A stretch of DNA of 64,000 bases from Lingula anatina (Eukaryota; Animalia; Brachiopoda). Positions 51,568 to 64,000 of this stretch are shown piece by piece (the first letter of the stretch is position 1; each line of letters begins with the position of its first letter). The notes beneath the pieces are model-generated. The model saw only the letters and a program-made list of their open reading frames with translations, had not been told where the DNA came from and did not search any database. Where the stretch lies: contig CM120642.1 of NCBI GenBank assembly GCA_051362555.1, forward strand, positions 26,908,001 through 26,972,000, in the 5' to 3' direction. Position numbers and translations under genes: made by a program.

Positions 51568-53187
51568 TTAGTTAGTGATCCGTAAATGAAAGATCATTCT
51601 AGATCTTGTGACTTTTGACATCCAGGCAACGTCTTTATGTGTCTGATATTGTAGCTTGGGAAACGGGGATAGAATGTCGTACAACTAAACGAAGAATATC
51701 CGATAGAAAGACCTGTTACAATAACAAAGAAAAAAAATACATAGGCTTGGTTTTCCGACCCCCACGATCTTTCTCTATGGAAAAACACGGCTTTCAAACT
51801 GAAAATATGTCGTGTCATGTATATGATTTACGGTCTTAAGAAGTAAATTAAATTAAATTAGAACAGATTAAGGTAACTAAAAAGAAATGTTGAAGGTGCG
51901 GCTTAGCACTGATACGTGTATCGAGTGTTTACCCTGAGGGTCGATGCTCCTGTATAAAGCGACATTTGTGTGTGTTTCTTTTTTATACATACTTTGTAAA
52001 TCAAAGAAACACCTTTTTGGTGCATATCGTTTTTTCTCTGCGTGAACAAAGCGTGATACACCGAACATGTGTTTTGTGCATCCAGATCTGTGATGCATGG
52101 TCCCTTGTACCGCATGCAGTTATGTGACGAATGATACCTTTAATACAATTTGACAGAGATATTATATATATGCAAAGATATGTGAGTCAATTTTTTTTTT
52201 TTTAGGTGAAACGCATTCATGCCCATGACGAATTACGAGAGCAGGAAATACCAAATAGAAGAGACACATAAGATAGGAACGGGCGTAACTTGAAAATAAA
52301 AACACATTATGATGTTTATCTCCTACTTTTTCTAAACAACCGTATGCAACTTGTGAAAGTGTCATTTAATGGAAAAGAATCACAATGGTTTTTAAAATAG
52401 CATTTTAAAGCTTCAACTTTTAGTTCGTAATTTGTAACTCCACCCTGTCCGTGTTTTAAACCATGGTAGTTGCTAATCACGCGTGAGAGCACGTGACCAT
52501 GCATGAAAGAAAGAAAGAAAAAAAGAAAGAAAAAAGAAGGATTTTTTTCTTAAGAGACTTGTACAAAAGGCATATGAACTATACACGTCCTAACACGTAT
52601 CCTTATCCAAGGTTATCAATCGATAGCCTATTTAGATTACAAAGATATAATGATATATGTTTGGGTTTTAAATAAAATTTTCTGGTCCCGTGTGAGGAAG
52701 CGGGACGCCACACTGAGTTAACGGAGTCATCGACGCCCTCTAAAATGAAGATAAAGCCTAAAATGCTCTTATGAAAATAAATATGCAGTTTATATTCAGC
52801 TTTCTCGTAAGACTGATGTGTTCGGCTCATTTCTATTAAACTGCAGTTGAACTTGCACACATCGGGTTGTCATACCCGTCATCACCCTAAAACCCTCTCA
52901 GTACCCAAACCTCTAAAATTACAACGCCCAAATTTATTCAGCCACCATTAATAATTTTACCCATATGGACCCCCCCCCCCCCTCCAAAAGTCTGATAGAT
53001 CTTGTCTAAACCTTATTCCAATTGCTCTCCCCCCATTTTGGGTGATATTTATTTACTGTCGTGAGAAAATTGCATGTCTGCTCTCAATAATATTTACTTT
53101 AAAGAGCTATTTAGCAGTCATTATCTTGTAAGAGGGATAGCACGTATCGCGGTGACGAATCGCGGGGAGGGACGCTATAATACATAC

Positions 53188-53299
53188 TTTTGGCGACGTC
53201 GAATTCACGGACTACTGTATCCTCTTTCTGTGTAAAATTGGACTGAGTTACATCAGATGCCTCAACCAGTGAAACAGGACTTCCAAATCTGAAATTCAT
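53188..53299 (-). CDS. Candidate alternative (distal) first coding exon of the SLC4 gene
   Basis: ATG at 53299 opens MNFRFGSPVSLVEASDVTQSNFTQKEDTVVREFDVAK, ending A|GTATGT in phase 1, which is compatible with exon 45735; no homology support. Confidence 0.4.
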
Positions 53300-54816
53300 G
53301 CTTCTCTTGCAACATTCAGAGAACTCAATGTCAGCATGTTTACTTATTTATTTATTTTTTATTTATTCATATTTTTGTACTAGAGAAACATGTGCATGAT
53401 TGTGAAAGTATGCAGTGAGGCCCAGTGCAAACGACCGCTAAGAGAACAAAGAAGTTGAAAAAAATACGAAAAAAATTTAATAGAATGCCTACCACATATT
53501 TTACGCGCTCAGGAGCCATTATTTGTGTCTTTACAGATACGACATTTTAAGTGCCATCAAGATTAAAGAATCCATTCTGGATGATAATGGGTTCTAGATG
53601 TTATGCAAGTGCCAAAGCAAGTATTTTCATTGATCCAACACACCGCTGAGATGGATTCAATAAAATGGGATGCCACATTAGCGTCGTTTAGACCCATCGA
53701 AATATCCTGTTAACGTGGAGCATTCTTCACTGAACGCGTTCGACTGATGCAACAAATGGGGCAGGGTGACATAACGCGCGTTCCCCTGTCATAGCTAATG
53801 TCATAGCCAGGGCACGCGTCAGGGGGGCGAATGTGGGATCGGGTATTAAGGTTCGTTCACCATGAATCCAACGCACTAGCTACTGGGGACACTCGCTGAT
53901 GCAATCAGATTATAAGACCAACACGCTTCCTCTTTTTCCAGCATACTTGTATCATCAGCAGTTTTTTTTTAATTCTATTCATTGCCAGGAGGAGGACTGT
54001 TAGTCTGTAAACCTGACTGCATTCAGCTTTAGCATTAGATAGGCCGACAAAATTTATTGTGAACTGTCCCTTAGACGACCAAACTTAATACGACCTTCGT
54101 GGGTCATTAGTCTCGACAGAAGGTGGGGCCCATTGTTGGGTGAACGCTTGCTGGTTACTTCAAACAAATTTCGACTCTAAAAGTGATGTTTTGTGCTCCA
54201 CTGCCTATCAATTCCTGTGCATACTTTTCTTCAAATGCGTGTGATTATATAAAATATAGATATCTGAAAAGGAATATAATCTATTGTAAGTTTCTGTTTT
54301 TATCTGTTCTGATACTCTGTGCTTATCCGTCAACAGTATATGCATGTAAATATGTTTTAGCAAGAGATTTATTTTAGAAATCTTAAGAAAAATAACACCT
54401 TCAAACACCCCGGCGTCTGTAAGCACGGCCCGAAGCCATCGTCAAGGATAGTAGTTATTTTCGTCAATATCTTTTTTCTATTATTATCATTTTGTGTTAT
54501 TACCATAATCATTATCTTACCATGATATGGTTGAGTAACTAGAAGGTTATTCGCAAGTCATTTCATTCATGAGAATATAAAACATACCATGTGATACGAC
54601 CACTTATAGCAGTCTAAGGATTCTTAATGTGTATAGTCTTACATAAGTATACATTTCCTTAATCGACAAAAGTCCATTCATCTCTTTTGGAGTAAATAAG
54701 AATGGATAAAAAGATAAATCACGTTTTAGCGTGTGTTAAAAAATACAGTCCTGGTACGCACCATCCTCTCCATTAGGAATATCCTAGCTTAGCGCTATGT
54801 ATAATGCTGTAATTAC

Positions 54817-54863
54817 ACACGCTCGCACGCACGCACGCACACGCACACACACACACACACACA

Positions 54864-54955
<92 letters not shown>
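54817..54955. repeat. Compound microsatellite (CA)n-(CT)n-(CA)n
   Basis: Seen directly. Other simple repeats: (ATT)n 1842-1886, 5467-5516, 60475-60551; (CA)n 25146-25188; (TA)n 26828-26871; (CT)n(GT)n 57295-57360; (GT)n 62744-62793. Confidence 0.95.
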
Positions 54956-54957
<2 letters not shown>

Positions 54958-57293
54958 TACACCGCTGTCGTTAAAATACGGTTGATTAATGACACTTTAA
55001 TGGTGATCGTAAAAGGGCTGACCATGCCCTGGCCTTTTTTCCCCCTATAAGTATGGTTAACTATGCATTAAACTGGCCTTATCATTCCCCCTCTCTCTCT
55101 GTTCTGTAGCCCTGAGGCAGATAAAACAGTTTATGCCTTACTTAAATTTTTTCAATATCTAAAGTAATTTCATTTATGTAATAATCCGAATGTGTAGAAA
55201 AGCCATTAACCGGTAAAATCTTAGTCGGCGTATGCCATTATCGAAATAGCCTGCAAAAGTATAATAAAACCTATGGACAAAGTGCAAAAAATTCTTCCAC
55301 CAGTATCAAATATCTGGTCAGGCACTATCATCAATAGGGCTACTAGGCCATGTCACATTGGGAGAGTAGTGGGTCCACTTTATTTGAATTCAGCATCTCC
55401 ACTGTTAACAATATGAATCTAGCGACACACATTCTGACACACATTCTTTGTCTGTTTGTGTGGGGATCGCCTATGGAGACCTTTTTAAATAAGAATCATC
55501 AGAGGATATAAGATCCAATCGCATTTTATCAAGAAAAGTACATTGATTTTCCATATGACATATGTACGCTCGTGCGTGCGGGTGCACAAGCACAGACACA
55601 AACTGACAGCCAGCCAGACAGACAGACAGACAGACAGAAAAACCCTTGCACACACAGATACACACACTGGAGAGTGCGAGTGTCATGCACGTGTCCATAT
55701 ACGAGCATGTTGTCCCTTGAAGAATATTGCCCAGTTCATGCTTTCGCAACATAAAAAATAGGAACACTACATGCTGTTATGAAAAAATTTTAGAAAAACT
55801 TGTTACTGATTATATTTCAGGCTGTTCAAATCGATCCGTCAAGTTTCCTAAGCTTAATGCTTACCCTTTCTATTGTGTATATGTACAGATATATTGCGCT
55901 GCTATTTTGTTTTCTGTTTCGGCCACTAAAAATAAACAAAAAAGGACCCCACAAGGTTTAATTCAAAGTTTCTCTTTTCATACGCGCTTCTATTGCATCT
56001 CATGGGTGAGTGCATGCGTTCCCCTCTGCAATATTTAATACATATAATCTTAAGAACATGATGTTACCGTCATCGCCGTTTCGATGTCAACGGCCTCAGA
56101 GTGACGTACGGAGACCGCTCACCCCCGCCCCCCCCCCCCCCCCCAACAGCCCCTTAGCTGTTTAAGATCATGACGTTGTCATTTGTGTAAAAATTATGCG
56201 TCATGAAAGTTGTGCCCAACTTCAGCGCAGGAATATTTTCACATACTAACAATATTCTCCCCATTAGTGATGGAAATTTAACGTCAAAAGTGCACCACGC
56301 TCTTTTTCATTAGTGAGCCCCCACCCTTCAAAATGACAAAATTATAGATACTCCTATCTATGCAACGTGTCGTCACGTATGGAAGTCCCTTAAGGAAGAA
56401 AAAATCTACAGTCAAGTCACACTATCTGTAAAGGATGACCCCCCCTTCCTCATTAATAAGGATATCATTCTCTCTCAGTAACACCCGAAGCCCAATATTT
56501 CGTCACGAGATAGACCTATACCCGGCTTCCTGAAGTTAAATGAAGAGCATGCGTAGAACGCCGTCAAATTGCGTTCACGTGAAACGATCATTCTCGTCCT
56601 CCCATCATCTTTATCTAATTGCCTCGCGGACTGCTATGAATTATACAATATTGTGTGACTGTTGCAGCCTCCAGATACGGGTCATTCCTTCCGATCTCAA
56701 TTTTATCACCAAGCCCCCCTAAAGAAAAGATATGCAAAGGAAATAATATCATTAACTCTGCTAACTCTACCTTTGTAATACTCTTACTTCGCATTTGATA
56801 TTTGACCACAATGCACTGTCAGAAAGCCTTTAATTTCAAAGGTGTTACCTTTGTTTCAATCCGAATATTACGAAAAATGACAAGTGGACGATGCAAAGAG
56901 ACGCCGGAACTAGTGTCTACGTTTTTGCAGTAGGCGACATCCGTGATTGAAAAATGTATGTGCGCTAGCGTAAGAGTTCATTTTCAATAAATAGCAAATC
57001 GTTTTAAGAAATAAGAGTCTTTGTTTAGATTTTCATTGATGCAAGTTGCTTTTCTCTAGGCACCCATTCAACACTTCTGAAAGATCAATTGAATAGAAGG
57101 TTGCAAGTTGTGCGAATATTAGCCCGCAACCTGGACACGGCCTGAATGCTCGAGTTGAAATACTGGCTTTTAAAGTTCGCCATGCATTTGCATCGAAATT
57201 CGCCCCAGTGGATTGTCACGACCATGTCCCACCTTAAGCTGCAGTCTAACGTACCTCACATACCTTCATTTGCAACTTGACTTTTGTTTACCC

Positions 57294-57352
<59 letters not shown>

Positions 57353-57800
57353 TGTGTGTATAAAATTATGCAGCAATAAATTGGCCTGACCTGCGTTGAT
57401 ACGCGTCTTTTAACTCCAAAATGTGACGCATTTTCAAATAGCGCTAATCTTATCCGAGCATTCATCTGCCATACGTTTTCTATCACAATGATAGGAATAT
57501 CTTCCAATAAACCTCTCCGCTAAAATGCCATCACATTTTAGACTCAATCAACCACTTCAACGCTCATGCTTGTGTGGATCTTAAGACGTGACTGTTACTT
57601 AACCACCGATCTAAAAGATACGCGTGTTCATCAAGCTGATTTTAATTACCTTGCCACGATTTGCATTTCCTCACGGGACTGGGTGGGTCTTTTTCGGGAG
57701 AGTCGGAATCACTCAGCAGGCCCTCCCTTTCTGTCTTGTCGGATCCAAGAGACGACAGCGAGTGGGCACTGAGTCGTGTTCCCTTGTTCGCCATCCTTAC

Positions 57801-58270
57801 CTGTCGGTAGCGATATTAGCAACTGTCACCAAAAATTGTTGCCCCTGTCAGCCTGTGATGCGCAATCTCAGTTTCAATTCGGCCAAAACCGGTTCAATAG
57901 AGTCGTAAATCGTAAATGTAGTTCTGGGATCAGTGAACACGTGCGTCAACTAGGTTGGTGTTTACTTCTTGCGAGCGCCGTGTGTGAGTGTATGTTGGCT
58001 CATGTACGGGACGAAGCGAAATTCTGGCCGACTGCGTGTGCGCGTCGCGCAAAGAAGTCGTTCTCAACACAGGTGCGCCAGTCGGGCAGTTACGGCGGAT
58101 ACTTGTCACCGGCCAGATCACGGCGTTAGAAACAGGACCGTGATTTGCAGAAAGCTGGTGACAGTTTTCACTGACACGAAAGGTATAGGACACATTCTTG
58201 CAGCATGACTGACTTGGTATGACTGGGATCGTGTTACATGTTTTTGTCGAGCTCAAACGCTCGCGTTGGA
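57801..58270 (-). promoter_or_regulatory. GC/CpG-enriched segment with strong splice donor; candidate distal promoter / 5'-UTR exon
   Basis: Locally high CpG density; - strand GACAG|GTAAGG at 57801/57800; no recognisable protein in any frame. Upstream boundary approximate. Confidence 0.35.
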
Positions 58271-59314
58271 TTCACGATTCCTTAGCGTGACTTGTTACAT
58301 ATGTTTACTTTAAGTGTAAAATAAAATTAAATAAATGTTTTTTTTGTTTTTCGGCGAGTCAGTTCATGGTGGAGGGGACACTTCTTGAAGTTAAAGCCGT
58401 CATGGGGACATCTCTTGCCGTTGATGGACAAGTTCACGTGTCTGTACCTGTGACACATTGTCTTTGTTCTCTGTTGGTGTTTACAGATAATGGGAGACGT
58501 AAAAAAAACTGCAGCGGTTTGGGGTGAATTGTACTCGCTAGTTCGATACATGACCTCAAACTCTGGGCTATTCTTAAGAAAAATGGCTGCATCTTGTTAA
58601 CTGCTCCAATTAGCTAGGACAAAAAAGTACAGGGGCACTGGTGTCATTTTCCTTTGCATATTTTTGGTCTTGTCTTGTCTTGTCTTCTTTGTAAGGTTTT
58701 GTTGAAAATGAGAACGAATTGGCAACTCTCCATTCAAACGGCTTCTTTGGGTCTGGCCTTCATTTAACATCTGTCAGAACTAGGTTTGAATTTTTTTTAT
58801 CATTGTTGTTGATGGTAGCATTGGCATTTATCAATAACACCAAACATTCAGACACGTTTTGCACGTATTTGCCTATGTCGTTCTGCACCGCTGAACCTCT
58901 ATTGAATCAATGGTCTTGTGTAAGCTGGTATATGATTGAGGAATACATTTTCAACGTTATAGAATTTATAACACTCAAATCTAGCAAATATTTGGTTGGT
59001 AGTATCCGCCCCTTAAAAAAAATAGTAGGCCTATTTGATGCATCCCACTATTTTGTTAAAATGCCTCAATTTTTTCTCTTATAGATAAAGGTTTCTCAAT
59101 GGCATTGTAAAACTTAAAACCGGATAGAACTATTTGGAAATCTGGTATACTCTTCTTCCGACTCTTGTTTGAATCCTCAAATAAAAAATATTTGGCTGTT
59201 TTCTACTCTTAATCAAAACGTAAGTGGAGCGGGTTTATTGTGTCTGTTTGTATTCAGGAGAACTTGATGCGTTGACTTGAAAAAAAGACACTACACACGG
59301 ATTACTGAAAGTAA

Positions 59315-59505
59315 GGGTGCATTCCCAGAGATTTAGATCGATCCAGAGATTCAGATTTAGATGGACCGAACTCCCTGGGGGTTCACGCTAAATTGCAGTC
59401 AGCCGAGCGCGCACCATAGTTAATTACCCCCTTACAGCTTTTAGTAGGCGGGACAGACGCTTAAGCCGGCTAAGCTGACAGTAATCTAGTGATGGGAATG
59501 GGGTC
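59315..59505. mobile_element. MITE family A, copy 4
   Basis: Core nearly identical to the reverse complement of 28760-28974, with a deletion near one end. Confidence 0.85.
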
Positions 59506-60502
59506 TAGTATATTACTCCCTCCATTCACCCCCTTCAGTGAATCTCCTTTCCATAACGAAAACTGCACATGTAGGCAACAGTATTTTTTGCAGACAACGT
59601 GAAAAGATAACTTAACCCGTCAAAACAAGCCTTATTTCCGCAATGCCTGTCAGTGTCTGTGTCATTCTTATATATAGTGCTGTCCATTCCGCCAAGGTCG
59701 TGCAGACATACCAAAGACCATGTCTCATAATGCATAACCGCGAAGAAAACCGAGAGTCCGTCAGGGCTGGCTGATAGTGTTCCATGCCTCCGGTGGCTAA
59801 CCCTAGGAATCGAATTGTCCCACTGGAAATCGTTCAACAACACTGGCCGTTCACAGAGCAAAATCACCTTTTTCATTATGACCGACTTCAATAAGCTTTT
59901 AGTATATAGTGACAGAGAAACGGGACAGTGTAGAAAAAACATTTATATGACTGGAAGGGGGTGGTGTTACCGTAGGCCTATATATGCTCTTCTTATTTAC
60001 TTAACTTGAACATTACGCTGTACTTCATATACAATGATCGCTATAAAATCGTCATAGCCTACTTAGACTCTCTCTCATTACTTATATGTAAATCTGCATG
60101 TATATTATATCGTTATGTGCAAGTATTTTTTCCTCATTTTCTCATTGTGCGAATTGTTTGTGGAAGGTGTCTGTAAATCACAGTGTAGAAAACGTATAGT
60201 ATTGTTTTGTGTATGTAATAAAGTATTAAAAAAGTATATAGTGACTGGTAGAGGACACCAGTATCATACAGTGCCCCCTCGGGCATCGTACCTACACGCT
60301 ATTCAGGATGGACGTTATTTTTCATGAGAACGTTACTCATCGCCTGCATTTTGTTTGCTGGATCTTTTCATAGCTTTTCCTGACAGCTATTGCTGAAGTA
60401 AAGGTGCCCCCCCAACCCCCCATAATCATTTGATTACTAGTGCTAAATCTTTTTCTACTACTACTACTTATAGTTATTATTATTATTATTATTGTTATAG
60501 TA

Positions 60503-60552
<50 letters not shown>

Positions 60553-61683
60553 GGTGATGATGATCTAAAGAATAAGAAAGAGAAGAGCACGTGAACTAAA
60601 TTATAATACACTGCATAGTTTAACGTAGATCTTCGGATGAGATTAGCTCAATTTGTTATCAAGTTTTGAATTAAATTTCATCACATTTGATCTTTGCTCT
60701 GGTTGCCGTTGAGTGAATAAAGAAGATAGAATGACGATAAAAGGAAAGGGCGCACGCGTGCAGAAACTATATATTGGAAAGGGAGAAAATAGATCGCTGC
60801 CTTAAATTGAAAAATGAGTCAGAAAGATCATGAAGAAAAGACTGTGTATTTTGTAGCATTCGTGCATTTCTAATTTGAACTCAAAAAGAAGCCACGCGTA
60901 GTCAAAGGTGACTTTTTATGTTGCTCTTTTATCAGCACCCATTATACTCAAAACAGTTGAGTTTGGTCACGCTGGGTGCTGCAAAACAATTTTTTCGCGG
61001 CCGTCAAATGTCCTTGGGTAAGGGACAATTTTTCATTCGATCTTAGTCCAATTGTGTTCTGTCACTGACCATAATATTGGAAATATTCTGTTTTTTACAA
61101 CCTGGACTTCAGTTCCCCCATGTCTCTGCAAATATTAGTTGCGTCTATTGTGAAAACCCAGTGACATAAATCTTCTCTCATATTTGAACAACGACTTTTT
61201 TTAGCAAAGACTTACATTATGCACTGTAATACTATGCACTTCTTTATTATTTTTCTTGTTAGAAAAGGACATTCTTCTTCTTTAAACAAAATATAGTTCT
61301 GTGCATCATAACTTGATTTTGTTCTCAAAGATACTACATAGTTTCATCTACCAGTAGGCTTAACATATATATTTTATTTTTCATTACTTTCTTACTTTCT
61401 TTATAAAAAACGGACAGTCGCCCGATTTAAGTCACTATGGTCGCGACCTTTAAAAATACATAGCGTAATCTGCTATATATATAATTTTATGTATTCAGCA
61501 AAAAAAAAAAAAAAAAAAAAATGCTCGATTGGACAAACTTAATCTTACGCTTTTTAAAACCCCTTCTATTAAAACTGTGATCGTCATAGGCCTAAACATT
61601 TAGTTTTATAACCACAGGTGACAGCAGGTTGAGTTATGTTTTAGTAATGCTTTTTCTCACAACCTTTTTTTCTACTCCCGTAA

Positions 61684-61722
<39 letters not shown>

Positions 61723-62741
61723 CACACATACACACACAAGAGAATGATTCACTGATAAAACGATAAACTATGGAGAATAAAGATACAGAAAAGGCACTTT
61801 ACAGTGTTTGAGCAAGACACAGTCGGCAAATATCCAATGGCACAGAGAAAAGGTTGAACCATGTCCCTTCCACTTCCATTTACAAGCGGATATAACATGT
61901 TCATGTGCCATTAAATTAGCCTTGTGTCCGACGAAAGAGGATCATTCGTCATGTCCACTTTCATTCTAGCACGCACGGTCAATGTGAAATCCTCAAGGTC
62001 TTAACAGAGCCCTGATGCTAACGCTTAAGACATGTTATCTTAAACTGGCGTCTCGTACTTTGACCACTGGCGCAGAAATGAAAGCCAAACATCGGTATAT
62101 AATACACTCTGTATATTGACTCTTCCCTATAGTATGGCATCTTGCCATAAACACACCTTTCGAAAATGCAATAAAACCCATTGTCCTGAAACCCTGCACC
62201 TTGGATTTTTTGTTTGCTGTTTTTGAAATTCTTACACAGATGATTGTATTCTATCCCCGTATTTCGGTGTGACAAACATCTTATTGTTATGGTATGACAT
62301 AGACATGACACAGGAACGCAACGTATTTACAAAATCCGTAAATAATAAAAACATACTCACTGATGTTTACTTACGTTTACTTGCTATTATTTGTCCAACA
62401 TCAATACGACAGATACAAAAACATGTTTACGTAAGACTCGATCTCTCTTCCTCGGTTATATGTATGTAGACCCTGTCGTGTGTGTGTGTGTGTGTGTGTA
62501 CCTGCGTGCCCTCGTGTGTGTGTACATGTGTATGTGTGCACGCGCACACATTCATGAATGTCTTTGCTGTTGGTTGTTTAGTTATTGATCAGTGTACAGT
62601 GCTACCTATACTGGTAAGTTTACTGTGCTGCTTGTCCAGTTCTGTTTTATTTCTCTGTAGGTCAGATTTTTCTTACCTCAGTTAGTATAAATTCACACTA
62701 TTCTCAGCCTCTGATATCAATGTTCCTAAAAAAAAGAGATA

Positions 62742-62789
<48 letters not shown>

Positions 62790-64000
62790 GTGTTTGGACG
62801 TGGGTAAGCGAGATATTAGGCAAAACCTTGACGAAAGTAACTTACGTGTCTTGTTATCGTTCTTCTTGGACTAGAAAAATAGAAAGAGAAAAAAGTATAG
62901 ACAATACAAAGAGCTTAGAAATTTATTTAAGCAGCCATTATTGCATACGTATTTTTAAAATATTTTTAAATGTGTTTCAAAGACATTTATACAAAAAAGT
63001 CTTATGTTTAAAATATATCATAGAAATAAGAAACAATCATGAAGCAAACAAGTTAATATTAAGTGCATTATCTGTTCCTTTAATTTTTTTATTTTTCTTT
63101 TATAGACACTATTGACGTTTATAATGATAAACAAGCTAGACACACTAGGTGTATAATGACTTAGGTGAATAAAATCATCTGCAGGGTAGTGTCTATCTGT
63201 ATTCACTCAAAAACTAGATATTTTAACTGCGTATTCAATATGAGAACATGTATTTGGCCAGTTATAATTGCAGATGTATGTGCCTACTGAAATATCAACG
63301 AACTTTAGACGTAATGTTTAAAAGCAACAGAAACCGACTGTCAAAAAGTTATATTCACATTAACCCCCGGCTATTAGAAAAAAAAAACTCCTGTGACTGA
63401 GGTACGTGCATGTGATTCTATTCCAACAGTATCATTACTAAATTATTGCTATTTGGCGATATACGATAGGGTATACAATGTGATGTTACATCATATGAAG
63501 CATGCATCAATCCTATTTTGTGCACGTGAACAGTCTGTTCTTTCAGTTCTTTTAGTCCGCACTGACGACTTTTTTTATTCAAGGCTGTCAAGGGCTGTGT
63601 TATGATTTGTAATGGTGCTTTCTGTCCCGCTGTAGGGTCTTTCATTTATTCTTTTTCATTCAGTAACTATGCAAAAATTGAAACATTACTCTTTTTCTCA
63701 CCTTGTGCGATGATTCAGATGCAGATTCATCGGTTTCGCTGACGAAGAAAATAGCCTGGAATTTTAAAGAATGTCTAACATGTTAAAAGCAGTTACAACC
63801 CCCTTAACCAAAAATGTACTGACTTGTGTTTCACAAAAAAGTATTTGGTCATACTGGTAAACTATCAATAACAAAATTGGAAAAAAGAAAAAGGTCAATT
63901 TTTTTTCTAATATGCTTCTTTTTTTTTTTTACTTCGTGCATTCCCAAGAGAATGGTCTCAGATAGATAGATAGACAGACACACACACATAAAGACAGATA

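Noticed and set aside
54797-55767. ORFs with THTH/SLSL/VCVC/RERE runs (also 1679-1894, 25017-25361, 57256-57507, 62720-63115)
   Set aside because: Translations of microsatellites.
59535-59942. 135-aa - strand ORF, and the 97-aa ORF at 62018-62311
   Set aside because: No recognisable domain, signal peptide or convincing splice framework; may be UTR or decayed repeat.

Overview
AT-rich, intron-rich genomic DNA from an animal, probably a marine invertebrate; the exact lineage cannot be fixed from sequence alone. Gene models below were built by hand with GT-AG boundaries and consistent phases. (1) The 3' eight exons of a 4-coumarate-CoA-ligase/firefly-luciferase-like acyl-CoA synthetase on the + strand (459-6585; its 5' end lies outside the window). 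(2) Three co-oriented, single-coding-exon secreted prepropeptide genes on the - strand (8033-8395, 9969-10385, 17119-17772). Each has a signal peptide, a pro-region and a G-K-R processing site, and none matches a family I recognise with confidence. (3) A 3-exon rhodopsin-class peptide GPCR of the kisspeptin/galanin/allatostatin-A-like group (-, 21201-28085). Its ORF is intact but both activation motifs are replaced (DRY->DKH, NPxxY->KPFVL). (4) A ~20-exon SLC4 bicarbonate transporter (-, 31632-47849, with possible upstream exons to ~58 kb). It has a Na-coupled NDCBE/NBC scaffold but carries the anion-exchanger Arg in TM10. The window also holds a decayed full-length Tc1 element, several PIF/Harbinger-type MITE families and microsatellites. 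The most interesting signals are the orphan prepropeptide cluster next to an atypical, possibly decoy, peptide receptor; the hybrid SLC4 ion site; a candidate 6-nt microexon; and three independent tandem micro-duplications that copy splice sites.
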